DNA from: Candidatus Omnitrophota bacterium
GTDB taxonomy: Bacteria > Omnitrophota > Gorgyraeia > 2-02-FULL-51-18
Reading direction: 5' to 3'
DNA length: 64,000 nucleotides
NCBI GenBank assembly: GCA_016197155.1
Contig: JACPWF010000015.1
Coordinates: 8,157 to 72,156 of the forward strand
The translations under genes and the position numbers were made by a program. This document shows, one piece after another, positions 28,545 through 37,333 of the stretch. Each line of letters starts with the position of its first letter. The first letter of the stretch is position 1. The notes under the pieces are model-generated. The model searched no databases, was not told where the DNA came from, and saw only the letters and a list, made by a program, of their open reading frames with translations.

Positions 28545-29908
28545 TGTTCTCAAAAGTTCTGGTCGCCAACCGCGGTGAAATCGCGCTCCGCATCATCCGC
28601 GCCTGCAAGGAAATGGGCGTGCGGACCGTCGCGGTTTATTCCCAGCCCGACGCCAATTCCCCGCACGTGCACCTGGCCGACGAGGCGGTTTGCATCGGGG
28701 CGGCGCCGTCTTCGCAAAGTTATCTGAATATTCCGGCCATCATCAGCGCCGCCGAGATCACGGACGTCGACGCGATCCATCCGGGCTACGGATTTTTGGC
28801 CGAGAACGCCCACTTTGCGGAAATCTGCGAGTCCTGCCAGATCAAATTCATCGGCCCCTCGCCGTCGGCGATCCGCGCGATGGGCGACAAGATGGCTGCG
28901 CGCGAGACCATGCGGAAGATCGGGATCCCCATTATCCCGGGCACGCAGGAGGCCGTGAAAGACAAGGACGAGGCCCTGCGCTTGGCCAAAAAAATCAAGT
29001 ACCCCGTGATCATCAAGGCCGCGGCGGGCGGCGGCGGGCGCGGCATGCGCGTCTGCCACAACGAAGTGCGCCTGGTGAGCGCCCTCATGACGGCCCAGCA
29101 GGAGGCCGAGGCGGCGTTCGGCAATTCCGCGGTCTACATTGAAAAATACATTGAAAAGCCCAAACACATCGAATTTCAAATTCTCGCCGACACGCACGGC
29201 CACACGGTCCATTTGTACGAGCGGGACTGCACGATCCAGCGCCGGCACCAGAAACTTTTGGAGGAGGCCCCTTCACCGTCGGTGGACTGGAAGCTCCGGA
29301 AAAAAATGGGCGAGGTCGCCGTGAAGGCCGCGCGCGCGGTCAATTACGTGAACGCCGGCACGATCGAATTTCTGCTCGATGACGCGGGCAAATTTTTCTT
29401 TCTGGAAATGAACACGCGCGTGCAGGTCGAGCACGGGATCACGGAGCTGGTCACGGGCATCGACATCGTAAAGGAACAGCTCCGCATCGCCGCGGGCGAG
29501 AAGCTCTGCATCAAAAAGCAGGACAAGATCCCGCTCCGGGGCCACGCGATCGAGTGCCGCATCAACGCCGAAGACCCGGCGAATGATTTTGTGCCGTCTC
29601 CCGGCCGGATCGAGCGCTATCACGTGCCGGGCGGGCCGGGGGTCCGCATCGACAGCCACGCGTACGCGGGCTACACGGTTCTGCCTTTTTACGATTCGAT
29701 GATCGGCAAGCTCATGACGGTCGGGCGCAACCGCGGCGAGGCGATCGGCGTCATGCAGAGGGCGCTCGACGAATTCATCATCGAACCGATCAAGACGACG
29801 ATCCCCATTCACCGCGAGATTTTGAAGAATCCCGTGTTTCGCCGCGGCCAAATGCACACCGATTTCATCCCGCGAATGATGGGCGAGTGGGTAGAAAAGG
29901 AGAAATAA
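28544..29908 (+). CDS. accC: Acetyl-CoA carboxylase biotin carboxylase
   Basis: [34 protein letters not shown] and YDSMIGK motifs. Confidence 0.97.
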   Translation: MFSKVLVANRGEIALRIIRACKEMGVRTVAVYSQPDANSPHVHLADEAVCIGAAPSSQSYLNIPAIISAAEITDVDAIHPGYGFLAENAHFAEICESCQIKFIGPSPSAIRAMGDKMAARETMRKIGIPIIPGTQEAVKDKDEALRLAKKIKYPVIIKAAAGGGGRGMRVCHNEVRLVSALMTAQQEAEAAFGNSAVYIEKYIEKPKHIEFQILADTHGHTVHLYERDCTIQRRHQKLLEEAPSPSVDWKLRKKMGEVAVKAARAVNYVNAGTIEFLLDDAGKFFFLEMNTRVQVEHGITELVTGIDIVKEQLRIAAGEKLCIKKQDKIPLRGHAIECRINAEDPANDFVPSPGRIERYHVPGGPGVRIDSHAYAGYTVLPFYDSMIGKLMTVGRNRGEAIGVMQRALDEFIIEPIKTTIPIHREILKNPVFRRGQMHTDFIPRMMGEWVEKEK

Positions 29909-29909
29909 A

Positions 29910-30926
29910 ATGAAGATAGGCATTTTGACGGGCGGCGGGGATTGCCCCGGGCTGAATCCGGTGATCCGCGCGGTGGTGCGAACGGCCCTTTTGAACCATG
30001 AGGAGGTCGTGGGCATCCGGAACGGGTGGAAGGGTCTTGTCGAGAATGAAACGCTTCCGCTCGACGCCAAAGCCGTGTCGGGCATTTTGCACCGCGGCGG
30101 CACGATCCTGGGCACGAGCCGCACGAATCCCTATAAAGAACCCGCCGCGCTCGAAAAATTGAAAAAGAATTTTAAAAATATCGATTCACTCATCGCCGTG
30201 GGCGGAGAAGACACGCTCGGCGTGGCCGCCAAACTTTTTAAGGAGGGTTTCAAGGTGGTCGGCGTGCCCAAAACCATCGACAACGATCTGTCGGGCACGG
30301 ATTTCACGTTCGGTTTCGACACCGCGGTGAATATCGCCATGGACGCCGTCGACCGCCTGCACAGCACGGCCGAGAGCCATCGCCGCATCATGGTGGTGGA
30401 GGTGATGGGACGCCACGCGGGATGGATCGCGCTTCACTCCGGCATCGCCGGCGGCGCGGACCTCATCTTGATCCCCGAGGTGCCGATCAAAATAGATGAA
30501 GTCACCGAGTCTATTAAAAAAAGGATCGCGCGCGGAAAAAATTTCAGCATCATCGTCGTCGCCGAGGGCGCCAAATTTGACGGCAACGAAGTGACTTTGG
30601 AGAAAAAACTCGACGCCTTCGGGCACGTGCGTCTGGGCGGCATCGGCGAGCTTCTGGCCAGGCGAATCGAGGAAGCGACGGGCTTCGAGACGCGCGTGAC
30701 GGTTTTGGGGCATGTTCAACGCGGCGGTAGCGCCACGGCGTTTGATCGGGTGCTGGGTTCGCGGTTCGGCCAGAAGGCGGTTGAGCTCGTCCGCAAGGGC
30801 CAGTTCGGCCAGATGGTCGCGCTGAAGGCCAACGAGATCGTCTCGGTCCCGATCGAGACGGCCGTCGGGAAACTGAAGACCGTCGACAAGGCTTTTTATG
30901 AAATGGCGCGCACTTTTTTTGGTTAA
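29910..30926 (+). CDS. pfkA: 6-phosphofructokinase
   Basis: TGGGDCPG, GGEDT, PKTIDND, MGRHAG and GHVQRGG motifs. Confidence 0.93.
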   Translation: MKIGILTGGGDCPGLNPVIRAVVRTALLNHEEVVGIRNGWKGLVENETLPLDAKAVSGILHRGGTILGTSRTNPYKEPAALEKLKKNFKNIDSLIAVGGEDTLGVAAKLFKEGFKVVGVPKTIDNDLSGTDFTFGFDTAVNIAMDAVDRLHSTAESHRRIMVVEVMGRHAGWIALHSGIAGGADLILIPEVPIKIDEVTESIKKRIARGKNFSIIVVAEGAKFDGNEVTLEKKLDAFGHVRLGGIGELLARRIEEATGFETRVTVLGHVQRGGSATAFDRVLGSRFGQKAVELVRKGQFGQMVALKANEIVSVPIETAVGKLKTVDKAFYEMARTFFG

Positions 30927-30929
30927 AAA

Positions 30930-31493
30930 ATGAGAGACCTGATCGTCAAAAGCATCGAAGAAAACATCGCCGCGAAAAAAGCGGTGCTGGCCCAGCTTGT
31001 CCCGTCAATCGAAAAAGCGGCGAATCTCGTCGTGAAGGCGCTCCAAAACGGCAATAAGATCCTGTTTTTCGGGAACGGCGGATCGGCCAGCGACAGCCAG
31101 CACCTGGCGGCGGAGTTTGTCGGGCGTTACGAAAAAGAGCGGCGGGGATTGGCCTCGGTCGCGCTCACGACCGATACGTCCATTTTGACCGCGGTGGGCA
31201 ACGATTACGGTTTTGAAAAAATTTTTGAGCGGCAGGTCGAGTCACTCGGACGGCCGGGGGACGTGGCGGTCGGCCTTTCGACGACGGGCAATTCCAAAAA
31301 CGTGGTGCGCGGACTCGCCAGGGCCAAGGCGCTGGGACTGGTGACCATCGCGCTCACGGGGCGCACGGGCGGCGAGCTGAAAAATCTGGCGGACCTTTCG
31401 CTCATCGTCCCGTCGCAAAAAACGTCGCGCATCCAGGAATGCCACATCCTCATCGGCCACATCATCTGTGAACTCGCGGACACGCATTTTTGA
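30930..31493 (+). CDS. gmhA: Phosphoheptose isomerase
   Basis: GNGGSASD, GNDYG, STTGNS and RIQE.H motifs. Confidence 0.95.
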   Translation: MRDLIVKSIEENIAAKKAVLAQLVPSIEKAANLVVKALQNGNKILFFGNGGSASDSQHLAAEFVGRYEKERRGLASVALTTDTSILTAVGNDYGFEKIFERQVESLGRPGDVAVGLSTTGNSKNVVRGLARAKALGLVTIALTGRTGGELKNLADLSLIVPSQKTSRIQECHILIGHIICELADTHF

Positions 31494-31966
31494 TGGATTC
31501 CAAAATAAAATCCCCGCAAAAACTCTCCCGGCTTCTTTCCCGGCTCCGGAAAAAAAGGAAAAAAATCGTTTTCACGAACGGCTGTTTTGACCTGCTTCAC
31601 GTCGGGCACATCCGCTATTTGCGCCGCGCCCGCGCCCTCGGGGATCTTCTGGTCATCGGGCTCAACACCGACAAATCCGTGAGGGCCCTGAAAGGTTCCG
31701 GAAGGCCCCTGACGGCGCAGGGCGACCGCGCGGAGATCCTGAGCGCTCTGGCGTGCGTGGATTTCGTGACTTTTTTTCCGGAAAAAACGCCCGAGCGGCT
31801 GATCCGCGCCTTGCGCCCGGATATTTTGGTGAAGGGCGGGGACTGGAAAAAAGAGCGGATCGCGGGCGGCCGCTTCGTCGAGTCCTACGGGGGAAAGGTT
31901 CGATCCCTGCCGTTTATTCCGGGCCGCTCGACGACGGGTCTCCTCGATAAGATCAAAAAATTTTGA
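31490..31966 (+). CDS. rfaE2: D-glycero-beta-D-manno-heptose 1-phosphate adenylyltransferase (stand-alone HldE domain II)
   Basis: FTNGCFDLLHVGH, KGGDW and STT motifs. Confidence 0.92.
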   Translation: MMDSKIKSPQKLSRLLSRLRKKRKKIVFTNGCFDLLHVGHIRYLRRARALGDLLVIGLNTDKSVRALKGSGRPLTAQGDRAEILSALACVDFVTFFPEKTPERLIRALRPDILVKGGDWKKERIAGGRFVESYGGKVRSLPFIPGRSTTGLLDKIKKF

Positions 31967-32427
31967 TGACCCGCCGCCAGGTCCTGCGGATTCTCGACGC
32001 GAACCTGAACCGTTCGCGCGAAGGCCTGCGGGTTTGTGAAGAGATCGCGCGCTTTGTTCTCGAAGACGCGCCCCTGACGCGGGCCTTAAAAAAAGCGCGG
32101 CATGCCCTGAGTAAAGAAATCGGGCGGTTGCCCGTCGGCGTATCCGAGCTTTTGGCCGCGCGCGATGTCGCGCGGGACGTCGGAAAAGGGCCTTCGCCCC
32201 TTGAAAGCGGGAGGACCGGCGCCTGGGATCTTTTTTCGGCCAACATCGAGCGCGCGAAAGAATCGCTCCGGGTTTTGGAAGAGGCCTCAAAAATTTTGGA
32301 TAAAGATTCCGCCGCGCGATTCAAGGCGCTCCGTTTTAAAATTTATGCCATTGAAAAAAAATCTCTGCCGAAATTGGAAACTCTACGTCATCACCGACCC
32401 CGGTGCGCTCAAAGCCGCGTCGATTGA
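31963..32427 (+). CDS. ThiD2-like domain (N-terminal part of cyanobacterial-type thiamine-phosphate synthase)
   Basis: RILDANLNRSREGLRVCEE, RD...DVG and ANIERAKESLRVLEE motifs. Confidence 0.85.
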   Translation: MMTRRQVLRILDANLNRSREGLRVCEEIARFVLEDAPLTRALKKARHALSKEIGRLPVGVSELLAARDVARDVGKGPSPLESGRTGAWDLFSANIERAKESLRVLEEASKILDKDSAARFKALRFKIYAIEKKSLPKLETLRHHRPRCAQSRVD

Positions 32428-32980
32428 AGGGGCCGTCCGCCTGGCCGTCGAGGGCGGGGCAAGCGCGGTTCAATTGCGCGACAAAAAAGCGTCGAATGCC
32501 GAACTCATTAGTCTCGCGAAAAAACTGCTCGCGATCACGCGGCCGAAGGGCGTGCCGCTCCTCGTGAACGACCGCGCGCTCGTGGCGAAACTTTCCGGCG
32601 CGGACGGCCTGCATCTGGGACAGGGGGACGGGTCGCTCGCCAAGGCGAGGGCCCTTTTGGGCGAAGAGGCCCTCATCGGCCGCTCGACGCACAGCCCCGA
32701 ACAGGCGCTTGCGGCGGAAAAAGACGGTTTTGATTACATCGGAGTCGGGCCCGTCTTCGCGACGCCGACCAAACCCGGCGCCCAGCCGGTGGGTTTGGAG
32801 CTCGTGCGTTTTGCGGCGGCGAATGTCCGGATCCCCTTTGTGGCGATCGGCGGCATCGATGCCGGAAATATCCGGCAGGTGTCCGAGGCCGGCGCCAAAA
32901 CGGTGGCCGTGGTGCGCGCGGTTATGTGCGCGGAAGATCCCAAACGCGCCGCCGAAGATTTGAGGAAGCGATTAAAATGA
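32345..32980 (+). CDS. thiE: Thiamine-phosphate synthase
   Basis: LYVITD, QLRDK, VNDR, HLGQGD, STHS, GPVFATPTK and AIGGI motifs. Confidence 0.93.
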   Translation: MPLKKNLCRNWKLYVITDPGALKAASIEGAVRLAVEGGASAVQLRDKKASNAELISLAKKLLAITRPKGVPLLVNDRALVAKLSGADGLHLGQGDGSLAKARALLGEEALIGRSTHSPEQALAAEKDGFDYIGVGPVFATPTKPGAQPVGLELVRFAAANVRIPFVAIGGIDAGNIRQVSEAGAKTVAVVRAVMCAEDPKRAAEDLRKRLK

Positions 32981-33885
32981 AATCGGAAAGAATACTCGCC
33001 GTGGGCTCCGTCGCGCTCGATTCGGTGGAAACCCCTTTTGGAAAAGTAAAGGACACGCTGGGAGGCTCGGCGAGTTTTTTTGGCGCCGCCGCGCGATTCT
33101 TTGCGCCGGTGTCGCTGGTCGCGGTGGTGGGGGAGGATTTTCCGAAGAAGCACCTGCGGCTTTTGGAAAAATGCGGGGTGGACATCGGAGGCATCGAGAC
33201 GGCGCGCGGAAAAACTTTTCGCTGGCGGGGGTTTTACGATTATGACCTCAACAACGCCCGCACCCTCAAAACCGAGCTCAACGTTTTTCAGTCGTTCAAA
33301 CCCAGGCTCTCCCCGGAGCATCGCGCCAGCCGCATTGTGTTTCTCGCGAACATCGACCCGGACATCCAGCGCGCGGTCTTGGACCAGGTCCGAAACCCGA
33401 GCCTCGTGGCCTGCGACACGATGAATTATTGGATCGAACACAAAAAGAAAAGTCTTCTGAAGCTTCTGGCGAGGGTGGATATTTTTCTCTGCAATGACAG
33501 CGAGGCGCGCGAGCTTTCGGGCGAATACAACCTGATCAAAGCCGCGCGGGGGATCTTGGCGCGCGGGCCGAGGCTCGCGCTGATCAAAAAAGGGGAGCAC
33601 GGCGTTTTATGTTTCTCCCAAAATTCCCTTTTTTCGGTGCCGGCTTATCTGCTCGAGAAAATTTTCGACCCGACGGGCGCGGGCGATTCCTTTGCCGGCG
33701 GATTTTTGGGCTATGTGTCCAAGTCGCCGAATCTGAGCGAGAGAGTGGTGCGCCGCGCGGTGATTTACGGGACGGTGCTCGCTTCCTACAATGTCGAGAG
33801 CTTTAGTCTCAGTCGCCTCGCGCGCCTGACTCCGGCGGAGATCGCCGGCCGGTACAAAGAATTTCAGAAGCTGACGCGGTTTTGA
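32977..33885 (+). CDS. PfkB-family carbohydrate kinase
   Basis: GSVALD, LGGSA, KKGEHG and DPTGAGDSFAGG motifs. Confidence 0.92.
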   Translation: MKSERILAVGSVALDSVETPFGKVKDTLGGSASFFGAAARFFAPVSLVAVVGEDFPKKHLRLLEKCGVDIGGIETARGKTFRWRGFYDYDLNNARTLKTELNVFQSFKPRLSPEHRASRIVFLANIDPDIQRAVLDQVRNPSLVACDTMNYWIEHKKKSLLKLLARVDIFLCNDSEARELSGEYNLIKAARGILARGPRLALIKKGEHGVLCFSQNSLFSVPAYLLEKIFDPTGAGDSFAGGFLGYVSKSPNLSERVVRRAVIYGTVLASYNVESFSLSRLARLTPAEIAGRYKEFQKLTRF

Positions 33886-33890
33886 ATTTT

Positions 33891-33961
33891 GCGGGTGTAG
33901 TTCAGTGGTAGAATGAAAGCTTCCCAAGCTTTAGATGTGGGTTCGATTCCCATCACCCGCT
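33891..33961 (+). tRNA. tRNA-Gly (CCC)
   Basis: GCGGGTG/CACCCGC acceptor stem, D-loop AGTGGTA, anticodon arm AAAGC-TTCCCAA-GCTTT, T-loop GTTCGATTC; no encoded CCA. Confidence 0.95.
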
Positions 33962-34004
33962 TTTTAATTTTAACCATAGGAATCAAAGAGAGCCGCGGCG
34001 CGGA

Positions 34005-34511
34005 ATGAGTCCCTTGAATTGCAAGAGATTTTTTTGGGTGTTCGTCGTTGCGGCGATTATTTTTTTGACGGGTTGCGCCCGGACAAGGTATCATAGCCCT
34101 TCGCCGTCCGCTCCGCCGGCGTTTGAGCCGGAGCCGGCGCAAAATTGGGCCGCTGAGCGCCAGTCCTTTATCTGGCCGGTGAAGGGGACCCTCGAGGTCC
34201 CCTTCGGCGCCAAGGACGAGGGGGTCACGACCAAGGGCGTTTGGATGCGAACGCCGGCGCGCGAAGCGCCCGTGGCGGCCGCGCGCGACGGCGTGGTGTC
34301 TCTGGTCGATGAAAAGTTTGGAAGTTTCGGGAAAACCGTGATTGTGGAACACCGCGATCATTGGGCCACGGTCTACGCGGGAAATTCCCAGATCCTGGTC
34401 GGGGTGGGGCAGAAGGTTCGTCAAGGTGAATGGATCGCCCGCGCGTCGCGGCTTTATTTTGAAATCAGAAAAAATTCGAAAGCGGAAAATCCGGTAGCTT
34501 ATGTTCAGTGA
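34005..34511 (+). CDS. M23/LytM-like lipoprotein, catalytically degenerate (NlpD/EnvC-type)
   Basis: Lipobox LTGC, then FIWPVKG, VAAARDG, VIVEH and LYFEIR. The HxxxD and HxH zinc ligands are absent. Confidence 0.8.
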   Translation: MSPLNCKRFFWVFVVAAIIFLTGCARTRYHSPSPSAPPAFEPEPAQNWAAERQSFIWPVKGTLEVPFGAKDEGVTTKGVWMRTPAREAPVAAARDGVVSLVDEKFGSFGKTVIVEHRDHWATVYAGNSQILVGVGQKVRQGEWIARASRLYFEIRKNSKAENPVAYVQ

Positions 34512-36177
34512 CCCCGTTGTCGGCGGCGATTTCTTCGGCCGCCAGGCGATTCTTGATCTCTTGGTCAAGCGCGCCAAGGCCCTCCGGTCGGGCTATCGCC
34601 AGAATGTCGCGATCATCGGCCATCAGCAGATGGGCAAGACCTCGATCCTCCGCCAGTTTTTGCATCTTCATCCCGACCCCGAAACCCTGGCCATGTATGT
34701 CGAGATCAAGCTCCAGGCGCTGGATTATTTTGTCGACCAGTTCACGCGCGCGCTCCTTTTTCAGGTGCTCATTCAAAAGGAAAAAGTCGATTCGACGGAG
34801 TCGCTTGAAAATCTCGCTGCCAAGGCCGCTCCCCTGATCCCCAAAACCGTCGAGCGCATCCACGAGATCGCGGGCCTCCTCAAACAGCGTCACGCCGAAG
34901 AGGCGTATTCGAAACTGTTCGCGCTCACGTCGATCGTGAAAGAGGAGACGGGGAAAAACTGCATCGTGATCCTGGATGAATTTCACCGTCTGGGCGAATT
35001 CGGGATCCGCAGCGCCTTTTCCGATTTCGGGAAGCGGATCATGGTCCAGAAGGAGACGATGTACGTTTTGGCCAGCTCCTCGTTTTCCGCCAGCCGGAAA
35101 ATTCTGGCCGAGAAACTGGCCCTGCTCTTCGGAAATTTTGAGCGGATCTATCTCGAACCGTTTGACTTCGGCACGTCGTTTGATTTCATCGACAAGGGCC
35201 TTCTGCCCGCGCGCATTCCGCGGCCCTTAAAATATTTCCTGGCCGCGCTCACGGACGGCCACCCGTTTTTTCTCCGGACGGTTGTTTCCAGGGTCCGGGA
35301 ATTGGCGGCGGCCAAGGCCGAGGCGGAAGTTTCGCGCCAAACGCTCGCGGAGACGCTCGCCCAGCTTTTGTTCGAATCGCAGGGCGTTCTTTACCAGTAT
35401 TTTCTGACGCTCATTTCTCCGTGGATGCGCTCGGACGTGCGGGGCAGTCAGATTTTAATTTTAGTCGAGCTGGCCAAAGGCAAGAGCCGGCTGAAGGACA
35501 TCGCGCGGGCGGTGAACCGCGGCCAAAAGGAAACTTCCGCCCAAATCAAGGAGCTCATGGAGTACGAGCTTGTCGTGAAAACGGGCGTTTTTTACCGGTT
35601 TCACAATAAGATCTTCAAGTTTTGGCTGAAAGAGGTTTATGAGAAAAAAGAACTCTCGCTTTTGGGCACGGTCGGCAAGCGCGAGGAATTCCTGTCTTCG
35701 ATGGATGAAAAATTTTCCGAGTTTGAGACACTGCTCGGAATGGATCCCTCGGACCGTCTTTTAAGCCTTTTTGGGTCTTTCCAAAATGACCTCGTCGAAT
35801 TCGGCGAGAAAAAAAGAAAACTGCCCCACTTCACCGAGATCTTAAAAACAGAGCCGGCCGCGAACCCCGTGCGGGGCTCCGCGCGCGAGATCATCGCCCG
35901 CGGTCACGGCCGCTGTTGGGTCTGCAAGGTCGTCGAAGAAAAGGCGGGCGAGAAAGACGTTTTGTCGCTCGTTTCCGGACCAAAGAAGTCGGGCACCGTG
36001 CCCACGCGCGTCTTTATCGCGCTGGGGGGGTTGGATGAAAACGCGAAGCTTTTGGCCAAAGAGAAGAAAATTTTTACGCTCGGCCTGTCGCGGGTCAATC
36101 TCCTGATGGATGTTTACGGCCAATCCCCGATCATGAACACTTACAGGGAATGTGACGAAGCAAAAAAACTTTCATAA
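34501..36177 (+). CDS. STAND-like (archaeal-type) ATPase with wHTH and a C-terminal restriction-endonuclease-like fold
   Basis: FFGR, Walker A GHQQMGKT, Walker B VILDEF and TDGHP (GxP). C-terminal FIALGGLDENAKLLAKE resembles DUF234/Mrr-like tails. Confidence 0.75.
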   Translation: MFSDPVVGGDFFGRQAILDLLVKRAKALRSGYRQNVAIIGHQQMGKTSILRQFLHLHPDPETLAMYVEIKLQALDYFVDQFTRALLFQVLIQKEKVDSTESLENLAAKAAPLIPKTVERIHEIAGLLKQRHAEEAYSKLFALTSIVKEETGKNCIVILDEFHRLGEFGIRSAFSDFGKRIMVQKETMYVLASSSFSASRKILAEKLALLFGNFERIYLEPFDFGTSFDFIDKGLLPARIPRPLKYFLAALTDGHPFFLRTVVSRVRELAAAKAEAEVSRQTLAETLAQLLFESQGVLYQYFLTLISPWMRSDVRGSQILILVELAKGKSRLKDIARAVNRGQKETSAQIKELMEYELVVKTGVFYRFHNKIFKFWLKEVYEKKELSLLGTVGKREEFLSSMDEKFSEFETLLGMDPSDRLLSLFGSFQNDLVEFGEKKRKLPHFTEILKTEPAANPVRGSAREIIARGHGRCWVCKVVEEKAGEKDVLSLVSGPKKSGTVPTRVFIALGGLDENAKLLAKEKKIFTLGLSRVNLLMDVYGQSPIMNTYRECDEAKKLS

Positions 36178-37333
36178 CATTGACCGCGTCTGGATGGAAA
36201 AAGAGGAGCGGCGAACGCTCGCTCCCTACGCCAACCGGAGCGCCGAAAGCCGCGGCCGCCTTTATCCCGAGCCCGAACACCCTTATCGCACGGCCTTTCA
36301 AAGAGACCGCGACCGCATCATTCACAGTTCCGCTTTCCGCCGCTTGGAATACAAAACCCAGGTGTTCGTCAATCACGAAGGGGACTATTACCGCACGCGC
36401 CTGACGCATTCCCTCGAGGCCAGCCAGATCGCCCGCGTGTTGGCCAAGACGCTGGGCCTCAACGCCGATCTCGTCGAGACGATCACGCTCGCCCACGATT
36501 TGGGGCACACGCCGTTCGGGCACGCGGGCGAGGACGAACTGCGCGAGCTCATGAAAGACCACGGGGGATTTGACCACAACCTGCAAAGCCTGCGCATCGT
36601 GGATTATCTGGAAGAGCGCTACCCGGGTTTTCGGGGGCTGAACCTCACCTACGAATCGCGCGTCGGTCTCTTCAAGCACCCGGAGCTTGCGGCCGAGGCC
36701 CGCGCCCGCGGGATGGGGCCGTTCGAACCTTTTAAGTCGCCCTCTCTCGAGTCCCAGGTCGTGGATATTGCCGACGAAATCGCGTATGATAATCACGACA
36801 TCGACGACGGCCTGGCCTCGGGCCTCCTGGACGAGAGGGAACTCGACCGCGTGGAGCTTTGGAGATCCGTCAAAAAAAAGATCGGGATCTCTTCGAGTCT
36901 AAAGGCCGAGGTGAGACGCTATCAGGTGATCCGCTCGCTCATCAATCTCGAGGTGACGGATCTTTTGCTTCAATCGCAAAAAAATATCCGCCGGTCGGGC
37001 ATCCGAAGCGCGGGAGAGGCCATGCAGGCCGGCCGTTTTCTTTTATCGTTCGGCGCCCCCGTCAAGGCGCGGAGGGAAGAGCTGAGAAATTTTCTCAAAG
37101 AGAAACTGTACCGGCACTACCGTGTGGTGCGGATGAGCGACAAGGCGCGCCGTTTTATCCGCGCCCTTTTTCAGGTGTACCTGGCGCGCCCGGAGCAACT
37201 GCCTCCGGGAAGCCAAAAACGATTGAAAAAAGAGGGCGCCCATCGCGTGATCTGTGATTACATCGCCGGCATGACGGACCGTTACGCGCAAGGCGAGTAC
37301 AAAAAATTTTTCGAACCTTTTGAAAAAGTATGA
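36152..37333 (+). CDS. dgt: Deoxyguanosinetriphosphate triphosphohydrolase
   Basis: FQRDRDRI, KTQVF, TRLTHSLE, HDLGHTPFGHAGE and DYIAGMTD motifs. Confidence 0.95.
   Translation: MTKQKNFHNIDRVWMEKEERRTLAPYANRSAESRGRLYPEPEHPYRTAFQRDRDRIIHSSAFRRLEYKTQVFVNHEGDYYRTRLTHSLEASQIARVLAKTLGLNADLVETITLAHDLGHTPFGHAGEDELRELMKDHGGFDHNLQSLRIVDYLEERYPGFRGLNLTYESRVGLFKHPELAAEARARGMGPFEPFKSPSLESQVVDIADEIAYDNHDIDDGLASGLLDERELDRVELWRSVKKKIGISSSLKAEVRRYQVIRSLINLEVTDLLLQSQKNIRRSGIRSAGEAMQAGRFLLSFGAPVKARREELRNFLKEKLYRHYRVVRMSDKARRFIRALFQVYLARPEQLPPGSQKRLKKEGAHRVICDYIAGMTDRYAQGEYKKFFEPFEKV

Noticed and set aside
31205-32290. 361-aa minus-strand ORF
   Set aside because: It spans three well-supported plus-strand genes and has no recognisable domain.
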